Of a stretch of DNA of 64,000 bases, positions 40,568-53,455 are shown piece by piece. The DNA is taken from assembly GCF_009914755.1 (NCBI RefSeq), contig NC_060937.1, one strand, 5' to 3'. The DNA is from the human T2T-CHM13v2.0 reference genome, Homo sapiens. A model generated the notes under the pieces. That model saw nothing but the letters and a program-made list of their open reading frames with translations. It ran no database searches and was not told the DNA's origin. Within the stretch, counting starts at the first letter, position 1; every line of letters begins with the position of its first letter. A program made the translations under genes and the position numbers.

Positions 40568-43299
40568 TTTTTTCATTCTTAATCATAACGAATTTTCACC
40601 AGTCCCTGGCAACCAAGGCATTCTATTGCCCCAAATTTTTGTATTATTTTCTCTGCCAGTCTGTAGAATATCATCAAAGACTTCCTTTATTGAGATGCAT
40701 TCACAATACACTGTGAATAAGTGAGATTTCATATTCTTTCTTTTTATTAAATCCCAGGTACAGTTATGCAAAAATCCACTTACAGTTTGTCTTCCAATGC
40801 TCCTTGGTCTGTAGAATAACTTTCTCTCTTAATTACACATTTGTCCTTATTCATGCTTAAATTTTCATTTTTAGTTTACTCTCTCATTAAAAATTCATTT
40901 TTCACCCCCTCCATGATCACTCTTTGTTCTCAATTCCTAAGTACTTTTTCCAGCCATATTTTCACCCCTGTCTGTCACATTTTGTTGCCCATATCCTCTA
41001 TTCCATTCTCTGTCCCCATTTCATCCTGTCCTCTCTGCCCCTGGTTTCACCCAGAGATGCTATTATGGTGATTGATTTACACAGTGCAGAACATTCCATA
41101 GGTATCATATTGCTATACAATGTACATATCCCATACAACTATAAATCTAAAAATAACTAGCAAAAGGAGATGTTTAAGTGGAAAGTTAAAAGTGCTAACA
41201 GGGTCAACTGGTACAGTCATTGTGTGGATGGTGGTTTCACTACCTTAGAGACAAATGGGCAAGAGCCAGTGGAGCTGGGCACTCATGATGAAATCAGTAA
41301 TAAATCAGACACAGAGTATAAGCATGAATCAAATTACTGTACTCAAAATAAGATCTAGGCACAGACTTGAAAGGAAAATATGTCATTTCCTTCCCTTTCC
41401 TACCATCTCGCTCCCATCCATCTTCTGTCTCTCTTACTTGATGCCTGTCTTTCTCATTCCCATTTCTAAGCTCCCCTTATTCTAGAATTTTCTAAACAAG
41501 TAAGATTTATATCCTAATCCTGAGATGCTTATTCTTATTAAATATAGTATGATGTGTTAAGACCAGATCTCAGCTCTCTAAAGAATCAGGCTTGTAATGA
41601 TGAATAACACCTGTATCTCTTAAGAAGTAAAAGCCCATTCACAATTCAGAAATGAACAGACACAACATCCCAAAGGTAATTTGTGCAGTCTTCACAGGGA
41701 CTGTAAAAGACCACTCTGTCATTTGCAGGAACCTGTCCCTCTTTTGCTCTCTTCTTGTCTGTTCCTAGACTCAGGTGATTTCAGTTGTTCTTTCAGTGAT
41801 ACAGTAACCACCCTCCACTCAAGTGTAGCCACAAGTTCCTCCACGTTAAACCACTTGTAAGACATAGGCAGCCCAACCTCAAACAATGCATTTTTGTGGG
41901 AAACAATAGCACCAGGCAGAATGAACTAGTTGTTCTCTTAAATGGGTTGCTCATTTAAGGTCAATACTCAGGTTAGTTCCAGAGAAGAAGAGGTAAAGCA
42001 ATAAGTAGACTTTGCCAACTTTGGAGCTTTTATTTAAGCACTTAAAATTTTTCTTTTTATTATGAAAAAATCAAGAGAATAGTGAAATGAATCCCATGCA
42101 CCTGTCACTCAGCTTTACCAATTACATTTTCTCTTTCTCTCAGTGTCCTCCACCATTATTTCATAGACACATCCTATAGTATGTTTGTGCATAGAATCCA
42201 AAGCACCTTTAATCAAGTGTTACTTATCTTCTCTTGGGTTTTAAAAACAACCTTTATTTGTCAAATGTCAGTGAAAATTTACTACAAAGCCATGCAATTT
42301 CAATTAATAAAAATTGTCAACTATCTACTATATACAAAAAACTTGGCCACTACAGCAAGAATCTGCAGAGTTTCACTACTCCTTAAAGACTGCTAACCAA
42401 CACTCTTTTCTCATTGCTGCCCATGTCCTCACCTGCACAATGACCTGATACCTCTCCTTTTGAGCCTACTCAGGGTTTGTTAGTGGAAATTAATCTGCAA
42501 TTCTTGGTTTTCTCTAATTTTAATAACATAGTTATTGCTTATCTACCATCTTTCCTGTCTTCAGAATTTACTTGGCATCTCTTCTAGTGTTATATCCTTT
42601 GTACTTTCTTTGCTCTTTATTTGTTCTTATATCTCTTCCATTCCTTTATTTTACCAAATTTCAATAAATAGGTATGTTCAAAACCTAATTTTTTATGTCC
42701 ACATTTTAACGTTCAAGCTATTTTACTTGAAATTGATACTTAAAGTCAACAGCATGTTCTGTGTGATAATGGTAAGATTCTTATTGGCAAAGAGGAGGGG
42801 GATAGAGAAATTAAAGAACAGGAATAAGGAAAGCAGTGACTATAGGTCTATTAGATTCCCTATTCTGTATCTGGTTTTTTCCTCTATATTAACAAGGCCC
42901 TACTCTCCATATTGTCTCTGCATTTTTGTTAATACATTGCAATTGGCGAAAAGACAGAGCAAAGAGGAATTGTAACTACTACATATCCGTATGTACTTTT
43001 GGCCTTTTCTGGGAAAATGTCATCTACAAAGCATATTATTCTTTTACACTATTTATAATGAGCATTTTTTTACAACGGAAAGATGTAAGGTAGGAATTTT
43101 GTGTGGATGATAGAAACAATCCACTGCTTAATGCTGCAGGAGGATAATATCTTGACAGAGCAAGCTGAGAGTGGCCTGTGACAGTTGAGACTGTTGAGTG
43201 ATCTACAGAGATTATCTTTTCTCATATTTTGATCTTGCTATATCCCAATTCATCTATTTACAAGCTATAGAAACCAACACTAGTAATTTAAGATTATTT

Positions 43300-46200
43300 T
43301 ATTTTTTGGCAAGTAAAAATTGTACATATTTATGGCATACCACATTATGTTTTGTAGAATGGCTAAAACAAGGTATTTAACATCTGTATTACCTCACACA
43401 TCTTTTTTTGTGGTGAGAACCCTTAAATTCTACACTCAGCAATTTTCAAGTATACAACCTATTGTTTATTAACCATAGTCACCATGACATATAATAGATC
43501 TCTCGAACTTATTTCGTCTGTCCAGCTAAAATTTTATGTACTTTGACCAACATTTCCCCAGTTCACCCATTTCCCAGCCTCTGGTGACCACCATTTTACT
43601 CTGATTCTATGAATTTGACTTTTCTAGTTTCCATATGGTGTTTGTCTTTCTGTGCCTGACTTATTTCGTTTAACACAATGTCCTCCAGGTTCTTCCATGT
43701 TGCCACAAATGACAGGATTTTCTTTGAAGAGGCTAATAGTATTTCTTTGTATATATACTACATTTTCTTTATCCATTCATCCACTGGTGAACACTTAGGT
43801 TGATTTCACATCTTGGCTATTGTGAACAATGCTGCAGTGAACATGGGAGTGAAAATATCTCTTCAATTTACTAATTTCATCTCCTTTGGATATATGCCAC
43901 ATAGTGGTATTACTGGACGATATGGTAGTTCCATTTTTAATATTTTGAGGAACCTTCACAGTTTTCAAAAATGGCTGTACTAATTTACATTCCCACCAAC
44001 AGTGTACTAGGGTTCCCTTTGCTCCACATCCTTACCGACACTTATCTTTTGTGTTTTTGATAATAACCATGCTAACAGCTATGAGGTGATATCTCATTGT
44101 GGTTTTAAATTGCATTTTCCTGATGATTAGTCATGTTGAGCATTTTTTCATATGCCTGTTGATCACTTGCATGTCTTCTTTTGAGAAAAATCTATTCAGA
44201 TTCTTTGCCTATATTAAAATCTAATTATTTGGCTTCTTACCATTGAGTTTCTTATGAATTGTGGATATTAACGTCTTATCAGATGGATGGTTTGCAAACA
44301 TATTTTCACATTCCATGGGTTATCTCTTCACTTGATTGTTTCCTTTGCTGTGAAGATTTTTAGTTTGTTATTATTCCATTTGTCTTTTTTTGTTCATATT
44401 GGCTGTGCTTTTGGGATCATATCCAGAGAAATTATTACCCAGACCAATGTCATGGAGCTTTTCTCTATATTTTATTCAGTAGTTTTATAGTTGCAAGTCT
44501 TATGTTTAAGACTTTAATCCATTTTGATTTGATTTTTTACATATGGTATGAGTTGAGGGTCTAATTTCATCCTTCTTCCTTTGGATATTCAGTTTTCCCA
44601 ATACCCTTTATTGAAGAGACTGCCCTTTCCCCATCAGGTGTTCTTGGTATCTTTGGGGACAATTATTTGACCATAAATGTTTGGGTTTATGTCTGTACTT
44701 TCTATTCTGTCCCGTTGGTTTGTGTGACTACTTTTATGCCAGTACCATGCTGTTTTAATTACTATAGTCTTGTAGTACATTTTGAAATCAGATAATGTGA
44801 TGATTCCAGTTTTGTCCTTTTTACTCAGGATTGCTTTGGCTATTCTGTGTATTTTATGGCTTCACACAAATTTTAGGATTGATTTTTCTATTTCTGTGAA
44901 AAATGTCATTGGAATTTTGATAAGGGTTTCTTTGGATCTGTAGATAGCTTTGGATACTATGAACATTTGAACAATATTAATTCTTCCAACCCATGAACAT
45001 GGGCCATCTTTCCATTTATTTATGCCTTCTTCAATGTCTTTCATCAATGCTGTATAGTTTTCAATGTACAGGTCTTTCACCTCCTTGGTTAAATTTATTC
45101 CTAAATATTTTACTTTTTATTTGTAGCCATTGTGAATGGGATTGTTTTCATGGTTTCTTTATCTGATAATTTGTGTTAGTGTATAGAAATGCTATTGATT
45201 TACATATGTTTATTTTGTATCCTGCAAATTTACTGAATTTGTTTATTAGTTCTAACAGCTTTTTGGTGAAGTTCTTTAGGGTTTTCTGTATATGAGATTA
45301 CATTGTCTGTAAACAGAGTCAATTTAACTGTTTCATTTCTGACTTGAATGCCTTATATTTCTTCTTCTTGTCTAATTGATCTGGCTAGGATTTCCAGTAC
45401 TATGTCAAATAGTTGTGATGAGTGTGGGTATCCTTGTCTTATTTCTGATCTTATCTTACACAAAAGCTTTCAACTTTTCACTATTGAATGTGGTGCTAGT
45501 TATGGGCTTTCATAAGGCATTTTTTTGTTGTTGTTGAAATAAATTCCTTCTATACCTAATTTCTTGAAAGTTTTTTTATCGTGAAAGATGTCTAATTTTG
45601 TCAAATGCATTTTCTCCATCAATTGAGATGATCATACGGCTTGTGTACTTCCTCATATTAATGTGATATATCACATTTATAAATTTGTGACCATCCTTGC
45701 ATACCAAAGATACATTTATTTGATCATGGTGAATGATTCCTCTAATGTGCTGTTAAATTTGGTTTACTAGTATTCTGTTGAAGACTTTGCATCTCTTCAG
45801 ATCTATTTATGAAGGATATTGTCCTCTAATTTTCTGATATCCTTGTCTGGCTTTGATTTCAGGGTAATACTAAGCCTTGTAAAATCAGTTTGGCAGTTTT
45901 CCCTCCTCTTCAACTTTTTAAAGAGTTTGAGAAGGAATACTGTTCTTTAAATGTTTGGTAGAATTCGGCAATGAATCTATCAGGTCCTGAGCTTTTCTTT
46001 AATGAAAGACTTTTTATTACTGTTTCAATCTTTTTACTTGTTATTGATCTGTTCAGGTTTTTTATTTCTTCATAATCTAGTCTTGGTAAATTGTATGTAT
46101 CTAGGAATTTATCCATTTATTCTCAGTTATCCAATTTGTTGGTGTATTTGTTGGTGTATTTTTCTTAGTGGTCTCTTATGGTTCTTTGTAATTCTGTGCT

Positions 46201-47130
46201 ATCAGTTGTAATGCCCCACTTTCAATTATTTTTATTTGAATCTCCGTCTTTTTTCTAGCTCATCTAGCTATAGGTTTATCAATTTTGTTTACCTTTTTCA
46301 AAATGCAACTCTTAGTTTTGTTGATCTTTTTTGTTTTTCTAGCCTTTATTTCATTTATTTCTGGTTTGAACTTTACTACTCCATCCTTCTACTCAGTTTG
46401 GGCTTAGTTTTTTCTCTTTTTTTTTTTTTAGTTTTTTGAGATGTGATATTAGGTTGTTTATTTGGGTTCTTTCTTCTTTTTTAATGCATGCATGTATTGC
46501 TAAAAACTTCTCTGTTAAAACTGCTTTTCCTGCATCCTATAAGTTTTGTTGTCTTTAGATATTTTTTAAATTTTCCTTTTAGTTTCCTGATGAGTATATT
46601 GTTTGATTTCCACACATTTGAATTTTCTGAAATTCTTTCCATTATTGATTTCTAGTTTCTTATAGTTGTAGTCAGAAAAGATACTTGATATAATTTCAGT
46701 CATTTTGAATTTGTTAAGACATGTGTTGTAGTCTAATATGGGATCTACCCTGGAGAATGTTCTGTGTGCACTAAATAAGAATGTGTGTTCTACTGCTGTT
46801 AGATGGAATGTTCTGTATATGTCTATTAGGTCCATTTGGTCTAAAACGCAGTTCAAGTCCAGTGTTTCTTTGATTTTCTGTCTGAATGATCTGTCCATTG
46901 CTGAAAATGGGCTACTAAAGCCCCCTAATATTATTGTCTTGTAGTTGATCTCTTTCTTCAGATCTATTAGTATTTCCTTTACATATTTAGGTGCTCCAAT
47001 GTTGAGTGCCTTTATCATTGTTATAACTTTTTGATGAATTGATCCCTTTATCATTATATAATGACCTTTTTTGTCTCATATTACAGATTTTGACTTAATG
47101 TCTATTTTATCTGATATATAAATCTAGCAA
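43300..47130 (-). mobile_element. L1MA (mid-to-old) 3'UTR and nearly complete degraded ORF2
   Basis: 3' end TTTTGTGGTGAGAACCCTTAAA; ORF2 translations [21 protein letters not shown] and endonuclease-like NIGAPKYVKEIL..DLIDIYRTFH..HRTFSRVDP. Confidence 0.93.
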
Positions 47131-47648
47131 CTCTTGGGGGGCTAAGAGAGATTGCAGCTCCTTTCTTGAAATGGCTCAACAAAGGCTGTTTCTTGCAGCA
47201 GGGGATTATGCAGCTATAACTCCCTCTCTGGGGAGCTCCCTGGCAGAAGTGGCTGTTGGTTACCTCAGTGGCAAAATATGCTGGTGTGCTGGTGTCCTCT
47301 GTGGAGCAAGTCCCATTGGGAACCATGGTAGTTTTCACCATGTGGCTGATATCAATAACCTCTGCCTTTCTGTGTTATTAGTAGTCTCTTGCATCTCAAG
47401 TATTCCAATCTCACCAGCAATCTATTCTGTGTAGGTATTCTCCATTTTGTTGTTGTTTGGTTGTGGTTGTCGTCGTCGTTGTTTTATGAGGTTTTTTCAC
47501 TCTACTTTGTGGATAAAAATTATTTAATGGGCTCCTGAGCCCTCTCAGGGATGTTTTGATTTGTAGATAGCTGTCCCTATATTTGTGTTTTTTTGTGTGT
47601 GGAGGGATGATGGCTGATATATCCTATTTCATCATCTTAGTGACTTTC
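47131..47648 (-). mobile_element. Probable L1M 5'UTR start belonging to the same element
   Basis: Ends TCCTATTTCATCATCTTAGTGAC, resembling antisense L1M 5' ends (TCCTACTCCGCCATCTTG); putative TSD TTAAGATTATTT / TTAGGATTTTTT. Confidence 0.55.
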
Positions 47649-47659
47649 TTAGGATTTTT

Positions 47660-48130
47660 TAAAGGGGAGAATTCATTGAAAAAATAATGGGCAGCTCACA
47701 GAAAGAAGTTGAGGCTGGAAAACTAGGCTTAGATATGGGCAGGATAAAGGGCTCCTCTGGGATTCTGGAAGGCAAGAACTACTCACCTTCTCTTCCAACC
47801 AACATCGTGGGAATAATGGAACTCTAAAAAGTATCCCTGCTTATATTACTCTGTACAATGGTTCTAGTCTATGAAAGAGTCCTCCTGACTGCATGTTTGC
47901 AAGGTACCTGCCCTTGGGTGTATCACTCTGAAGAGAGGAAATATCTGGGTGAAGGGACTTCCCAGGAGTTATTTGTTCCTCCCTTACTTGCTTGTCCTAT
48001 GGGAAGGCACAGCACTTTGATTGCAATGCCACCAGGACTCCACCTCAGGGACAAGGGTAATCCCCATGATGAAACCTGGATGTTGTAAATAAGGGAGAAT
48101 GGCTGCTACAAAACCAAAATAACAAATGAT
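47660..48130 (-). mobile_element. Old MLT1 (K/L-like) LTR remnant, other part at ~43240-43290
   Basis: AGAAACCAACACTAGTAATTTAAG on the left of the L1 continues as GAATTCATTG...GGGCAGCTCACAGAA on the right. Confidence 0.5.
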
Positions 48131-48610
48131 ACTCCCTACTCCTTTTTAAGTATAAATCTATTAGTAGTCATTGCAAGGATGAGAAAACAGTAGACTTTTA
48201 TGAATATAATATGCAATCAGTTGGCTTATTATCTCTCTTCTTTAAGCCTCTTGTCTTACATAACCTTATCTTCATATCCTGCCAGAATATTACTGTCTTG
48301 TTTTTCATAAGAGAGAACCTCCCTCTCTGTGCAGTCTCTATGTAGTTCCAACTCTACCTGACACTCTTCAGTACTCCCTGAAGTATCCTGCAGTTAGAAT
48401 GTTTGTTCATTATAGTCATCATTGAAAATACGTGACCATGAACAAGTAGTGCTGTAAAGCGGTCTACGTAACATTCTATCACTCTTCATTGTGTTTATTT
48501 TTTAATAAAAAGCACAATATTCAAAATTTCAAAGAAAAGATATAGGCTAAATATATGTCCCCCAAACAAGGCATTTCCAAGTGTGAACAGCAATTCATAA
48601 TAAAAAAAGA

Positions 48611-48700
48611 AACCTGCACGTTGTGCTCATGTACCCTAAAACTTAAAGTATAATAATAATAAAATTAAAAATAAAAAAATTTAAAAAATTTTTAAAAATC
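48611..48700 (+). mobile_element. Minimal L1PA 3' tip (~50 bp plus A-rich tail)
   Basis: AACCTGCACGTTGTGCTCATGTACCCTAAAACTTAAAGTATAATAAT; flanked by TAAAAAAAGAAA-like direct repeats. Confidence 0.9.
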
Positions 48701-49019
48701 TAAAAAAAAGAAAATAAACCTCATATTTGTACTGTAGATATACCCTCTTATTTTATTGTCAGAACAACCATGCAAGGTTGCTATTATATTGTTTAATGAA
48801 GAAATAAAGAAAATGAGGCAGAGAAATTAAGCAACTTGCTCAAGAATGCACTAAGAGTAAGCAGAACAGTAGGAGTCAAATCTACTGTTTGGAAAGTGAA
48901 TTTGATGTTTTTTCATCACAGGAGTGAAGAGGCAATGAATGGGAGTGGAATAAGGTGAATGGGGAAGTGGGTATACGAGCGTCACCACTTGAGGTCTTTA
49001 TTCCAAACTATACACTATA

Positions 49020-50660
49020 TACATTCAGTCAGTATTTATTGAGTCCCTATTATGTGCCACTCACTACTCCAAGTACTAATGGCATAACAGTAAACAGACA
49101 AATTTCTTCTTTCATAGAGCTTACATTTCAAGGAGAGAAGATGAATGGATATATAAATCAAATATGTATTTTTTATATGTATGTATTTCTTACATACATA
49201 TAAATGTTACATATTTATATTCTTACATATTACATATGTAAGAAATCAGCACTTTTACCTCCAGATATGTAATATTTTTAGTTTAATGTATTATGTTAAA
49301 TGGTGATTATGTACTATTTAAATAAAAAACAGGAAGGAGCCTGGGGAATGTTTAATTGGTGGATTGGGAGATGTATGCAATTTTAAATAAAGTGGTCCAA
49401 GAAGGCTGCACTGAGAAAGTAGCATTTGAATAATGGCTGAGAAAGGTGAATTGATGAGCCACACAGTTGTCTGGGGAAGAGGATTCTAGGTAGTGGGAAC
49501 AGCAGGGGCAAAGGCCCTGAGCAGGCACTTGCTAGAGTGTTTGAGTAACAGCAGAGAGGCAGAATCAAAGTGAGTAAGTAGAGAGTATAAGATGAGGTCA
49601 CAAATACCATCAGGGTCTACGTGACATAAAGTCCAAAGACAGCATTTTACAAATTTTGGCCTCTACTCTGAATAAGATGGGAATATTGGAGGGACTTCAG
49701 TAGTAAATAATACAATTTGACATTTTTAAGCTTCACTCTGGTTGTTGCTGTACAAATAACCGACTGCAGTGGGGAAAATAATAGAATCAGGGAGAAATTT
49801 AGGAGGCTAATGCAGTCATCCAGAAGAAAGAAGGTGGTGTCAAATCAGGACAGAAGCAGAGAAGATGTTGAAAAGTGGTCAGATCTTAAATACAATTTAA
49901 AGATAATGCATATAGGATTTGCTGTTGGATCAAATGTGGGATGTGAGAGAAAAGACGTGAAGCATAACTCCATTAAGATCTAGGTATAGCAGATTGCATG
50001 GAAAAATCAGGAGTTTACATTCTGAAAAGTTAAATTTGAGACACTTAGTAGATGTTTCAGTACAGATGTTGCAATGGTAGTTGGACTTCAGTGGAGAGAT
50101 TAGGTTTTTAATAATACATTTGAAAGGTGTCAGCATGTCAGTAACATTTAAAGCCATGAGCTTGGTAGGATATGGTGGCTCATGCCTATAGTCTCAGCAC
50201 TTTGGGAAGCTGAGGTGGAAGGATTGCTTGAGCCCAGAGACCACTCAGCAAGATCCCATCTCTATGAAAAACAGTTAAAAAATTAGCTGGGCATGGTGGC
50301 ACACACCTGTAATTCTAGTTACTCTGGAGGCTGAGGTGAGAGGATTGCTTGAGCCCAGGAGTTCAAGGTTTCAGTGAGCTATAATTGCACCATTGCACTC
50401 CAACTTGGGCAACAGAACAAGACTCTGTATCTAAAAAATTAAGAAAGAAAACCATGAACTTGAATGAAATATCAAGGGGAAAAATGTAGATAGAGAAAAA
50501 TGAAGCCCAAAGTCTATTTCCTGGGTAATCACAAAGCTAAGAAACTAGAGCCAGAGAAGAAAGAGAAAACCAAGAGCACGTAGAATTCTGGACACACAGA
50601 GAAAGTGTTTCAATGAAGCAAAGTGATCATCTTTATTAAATACTGCTGATAAGCAAGACG
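49020..50660 (-). mobile_element. L2, long fragment, interrupted by AluJ
   Basis: CATTCAGTCAGTATTTATTGAGTCCCTATTATGTGCCA 3' end; AACAGCAGGGGCAAAGGCCCTGAG; GTTAAATTTGAGAC. Confidence 0.85.
50164..50447 (+). mobile_element. AluJ
   Basis: GGATTGCTTGAGCCCAG in both arms; TSD AAAGCCATGAGCTT / AAAACCATGAACTT. Confidence 0.93.
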
Positions 50661-50684
50661 AAAACTAAAAAACAACAACAACAT

Positions 50685-51710
50685 TCCAAAGCAATCTGCA
50701 TGTTCAATGCAATCCCTAACAAAATTCCAAACTCATTCTTAACAAAAACATTAATAGAAAAAATAATCCTAAAATTTATGTGGAACTACAAAAGACCCAG
50801 AATGGCCAAAGCAATCTTAACCAAAAAGAAGAAAGCTAGAGGCATCAACACTATGTGATCTCAAAATATATTACAAAACTATAGTAACTAAAACAACATG
50901 ATACTGGCATAAAAACAAACATACTAGCCAATGAAATAGGATAGAGAGCCAAGAAAGAAACTCACATATCTATGGCCAAATGATTTTTGACAAAGATGCC
51001 CAGAACACCCAATAGAGAAAGAACACTCTTCACTACGTGGTGTTAGGAAAACTAGATATTCATGTACAGAAAAATGAAAATGGGCCCTTATCTCACACTT
51101 ATACAAGAATCAACTCAAAATGGATAAAGATTTGAATGGAAGACCTGAAACTATAAAACTACTAGAAGACAACACAGAGGAAAAACTTTGTGACATTGGT
51201 CTGGGCAGTGATGTGTATGACCACAAAATCACAGGCAACATGAGCAAAAATATGCAAATGGGATTACATCAAACTAAACAGCTTCTGCACGGCAAAGAAA
51301 ACAATAGAGTGAATACACAACCCATAGATTAGGGAAAACATTTGCAAATCATGCATCAGCTAAGGGGCTAATATCCAAAACATACAAGGAATTCAAACTA
51401 CTTAATAAGAAAACAAATAGCTCTATTTCAAAATGGGCAAAAGACTTAAAAATAAGACATCCAAATTTCCAAAAGATATCTGAAAAAAATGTTCAACATC
51501 TCTAATCAGAGAAATGCAAATCAAAACCACAATAAGCAATCACCACACACCTATTACATTGGCCATTATCAAAAAGATGACAGATAACAAGTGTTGGCAA
51601 AGATATGGAGAAAAGAGAACCCTGATATACTGTTGGTGATACTGTAAATTAGTACAGCCATTTAAACAAAACAGTATGAACGTTTCTCAAAAAATTAAAA
51701 ATAGCTCCAG
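50685..51710 (+). mobile_element. L1 (L1MA/PB-like) ORF2 3' fragment
   Basis: AATGCAATCCCTAACAAAATTCC, GACCTGAAACTATAAAACTACTAGAAG, GAAATGCAAATCAAAACCAC. Confidence 0.88.
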
Positions 51711-52287
51711 CATGACTGTGGACGAAGGCCTCACTTCAAATGAGGGGGCTATGAGGTGTCAGTTGCCAGCACTCAGCTACTGGTGAATAAATGCTTCTGT
51801 CCTGAAGGGCAGGATGTGGTAGCTCATCACAGGAGCCACTGCAATGCACTTGAGGGGAGGCTTCACATACTCTCCTCCTACCTATACACACACACACACA
51901 AACCCCTAGCTTTGCTTTTGCAATTTTAATGTCCTTGAGGATTAGGAGTTGGAAAAATTACATTCTACTACTGACTCAAAGACAAAGCTGTTTAATTGGA
52001 AACAAGTCTGATAACATCTCTAGGTCTGTTTTCTTTTTACATGTAAAATTAGGAGACTGGAGATTTTAGATGAGGTAATTATTATTATTCCTGCTCTCAG
52101 ACTTTGGGATGGTTTGAAATCATATGAACTAAGTTTATAAATTATAAGACTTGTGAGTTTTATAAAGTCTTATAAGAAAACTTGAAAGTGTTCTACCTAA
52201 CATCTCCTAACATGTTCTCTTTTGGACATAACCTTATTGAGACTGAACATTGACACTTGGTTCCCTGTCATCACTTTATCTTGGTGC

Positions 52288-52938
52288 TTGTATTGGTTTT
52301 TTATGGCTGCTATAACAAATTACTGCAAATGTGGTTGCTTAAAAGAACAGAAACTTGGCCAGGCACTGTGGCTCAATCCCAGCACTTTGGGAGGCCAAAG
52401 TGGGTGGAACACAAGGTCAGGAGTATGAGACCAGCCTGGCCAACATGGTGAAACCCCATCTCTACTAAAAATACAAAAATTAGCCGGGCGTGGTGGCACG
52501 CGCCTGTAATCCCAGCTACTCAGGAGGTTGAGACAGGAGAATTGCTTGAACTCGGGAGGCGGGGGTTGCAGTAAGCTGAGATCGCGTGCCATTGCACTCC
52601 AGCCTAGGTGACAGAGAAAGACTCCGTCTCAGAAAAAAAAAAAAAAAAGAACAGAAACTTACTTTCTCACAGTTCTAGAGGTCAGAAGTCTTAAATCACT
52701 ATCACTGAGCTGAAATCAAAATCTCCTCTTCTGTCTGTGTTCAAATCTCCCTCTGACTACATTTTACATGGTTACATACGATGGTATTTAGGGTCCACCC
52801 TCATAATCTACAACAATCTCCCCATCGTGACATCTTTAATCACACCTGCAAAAACCCTGCTTTAATATAAAGTAACATTTATAGATTCCAGAGATCAGGA
52901 TGAATATATTTTTGTGGAGGTAATTTTTAAATCCACAG
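52288..52938 (-). mobile_element. MLT1 (D/E-like) LTR with Alu insertion
   Basis: TGTATTGG...GCTGCTATAACAAATTAC...TCACAGTTCTAGAGGTCAGAAGTC...TAATCACACCTGCAAA. Confidence 0.78.
52357..52644 (+). mobile_element. AluS (Sg-like)
   Basis: Dimeric Alu with A-tail; perfect 16-bp TSD AAAAGAACAGAAACTT. Confidence 0.96.
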
Positions 52939-53018
52939 TGTTCAAAGGGATTGATATCATACTTACTCATTTATAATTTCAGGAGCAACCTGTATTTGTT
53001 AAAGCAAACTAGGTATAT

Positions 53019-53455
53019 TGTGATAGTTAATAGTGATTGGACTGAAGGATGCAAAGTATTGTTCCTGGGTGTGTCTGTGAGGGTGTTGCCAAAGGAGATT
53101 AACATTTGAGTCAGTGGACTGGGAAAGGCAGACCCACCCTCAATCTGGGTGGGCACAATCTAATTAGCTGCAAGCACAGCCAGAATGAAAGCAGGCAGAA
53201 GAATGTGGAAAGTCTAGACTGGCTTAGTCTTCTGGCCTACATCTTTCTACTGTGTTGGATGTTTCCTGCCCTCCAACATCAGACTCCAAGTTCAGTTCTG
53301 GGACTCGGACTGGCTTCCTTGTCCTCAGCTTACAGACAGCCTATATGTGGGACCTCACCTTGTGGTCATGTGAGTCAACGCTCCTTAATAAACTCTCCTT
53401 CCTATCTACATCTCTTCTATTAGTTCTGCCCCTCTAGAGGGCCCTGACTAATACA
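53019..53455 (+). mobile_element. MLT2A (HERVL) solo LTR
   Basis: TGTGATAGTTAATA...GAAGGATGCAAAGTATTGTTCCTGGGTGTGTCTGTGAGGG...CCCTGACTAATACA. Confidence 0.92.

Noticed and set aside
42535-42975. 146-aa hydrophobic ORF as a membrane protein
   Set aside because: Non-ATG start, composition explained by T-rich DNA, and no splice or domain support
46566-47054. 162-aa endonuclease-like ORF
   Set aside because: Degenerate L1 ORF2 APE-type endonuclease fragment
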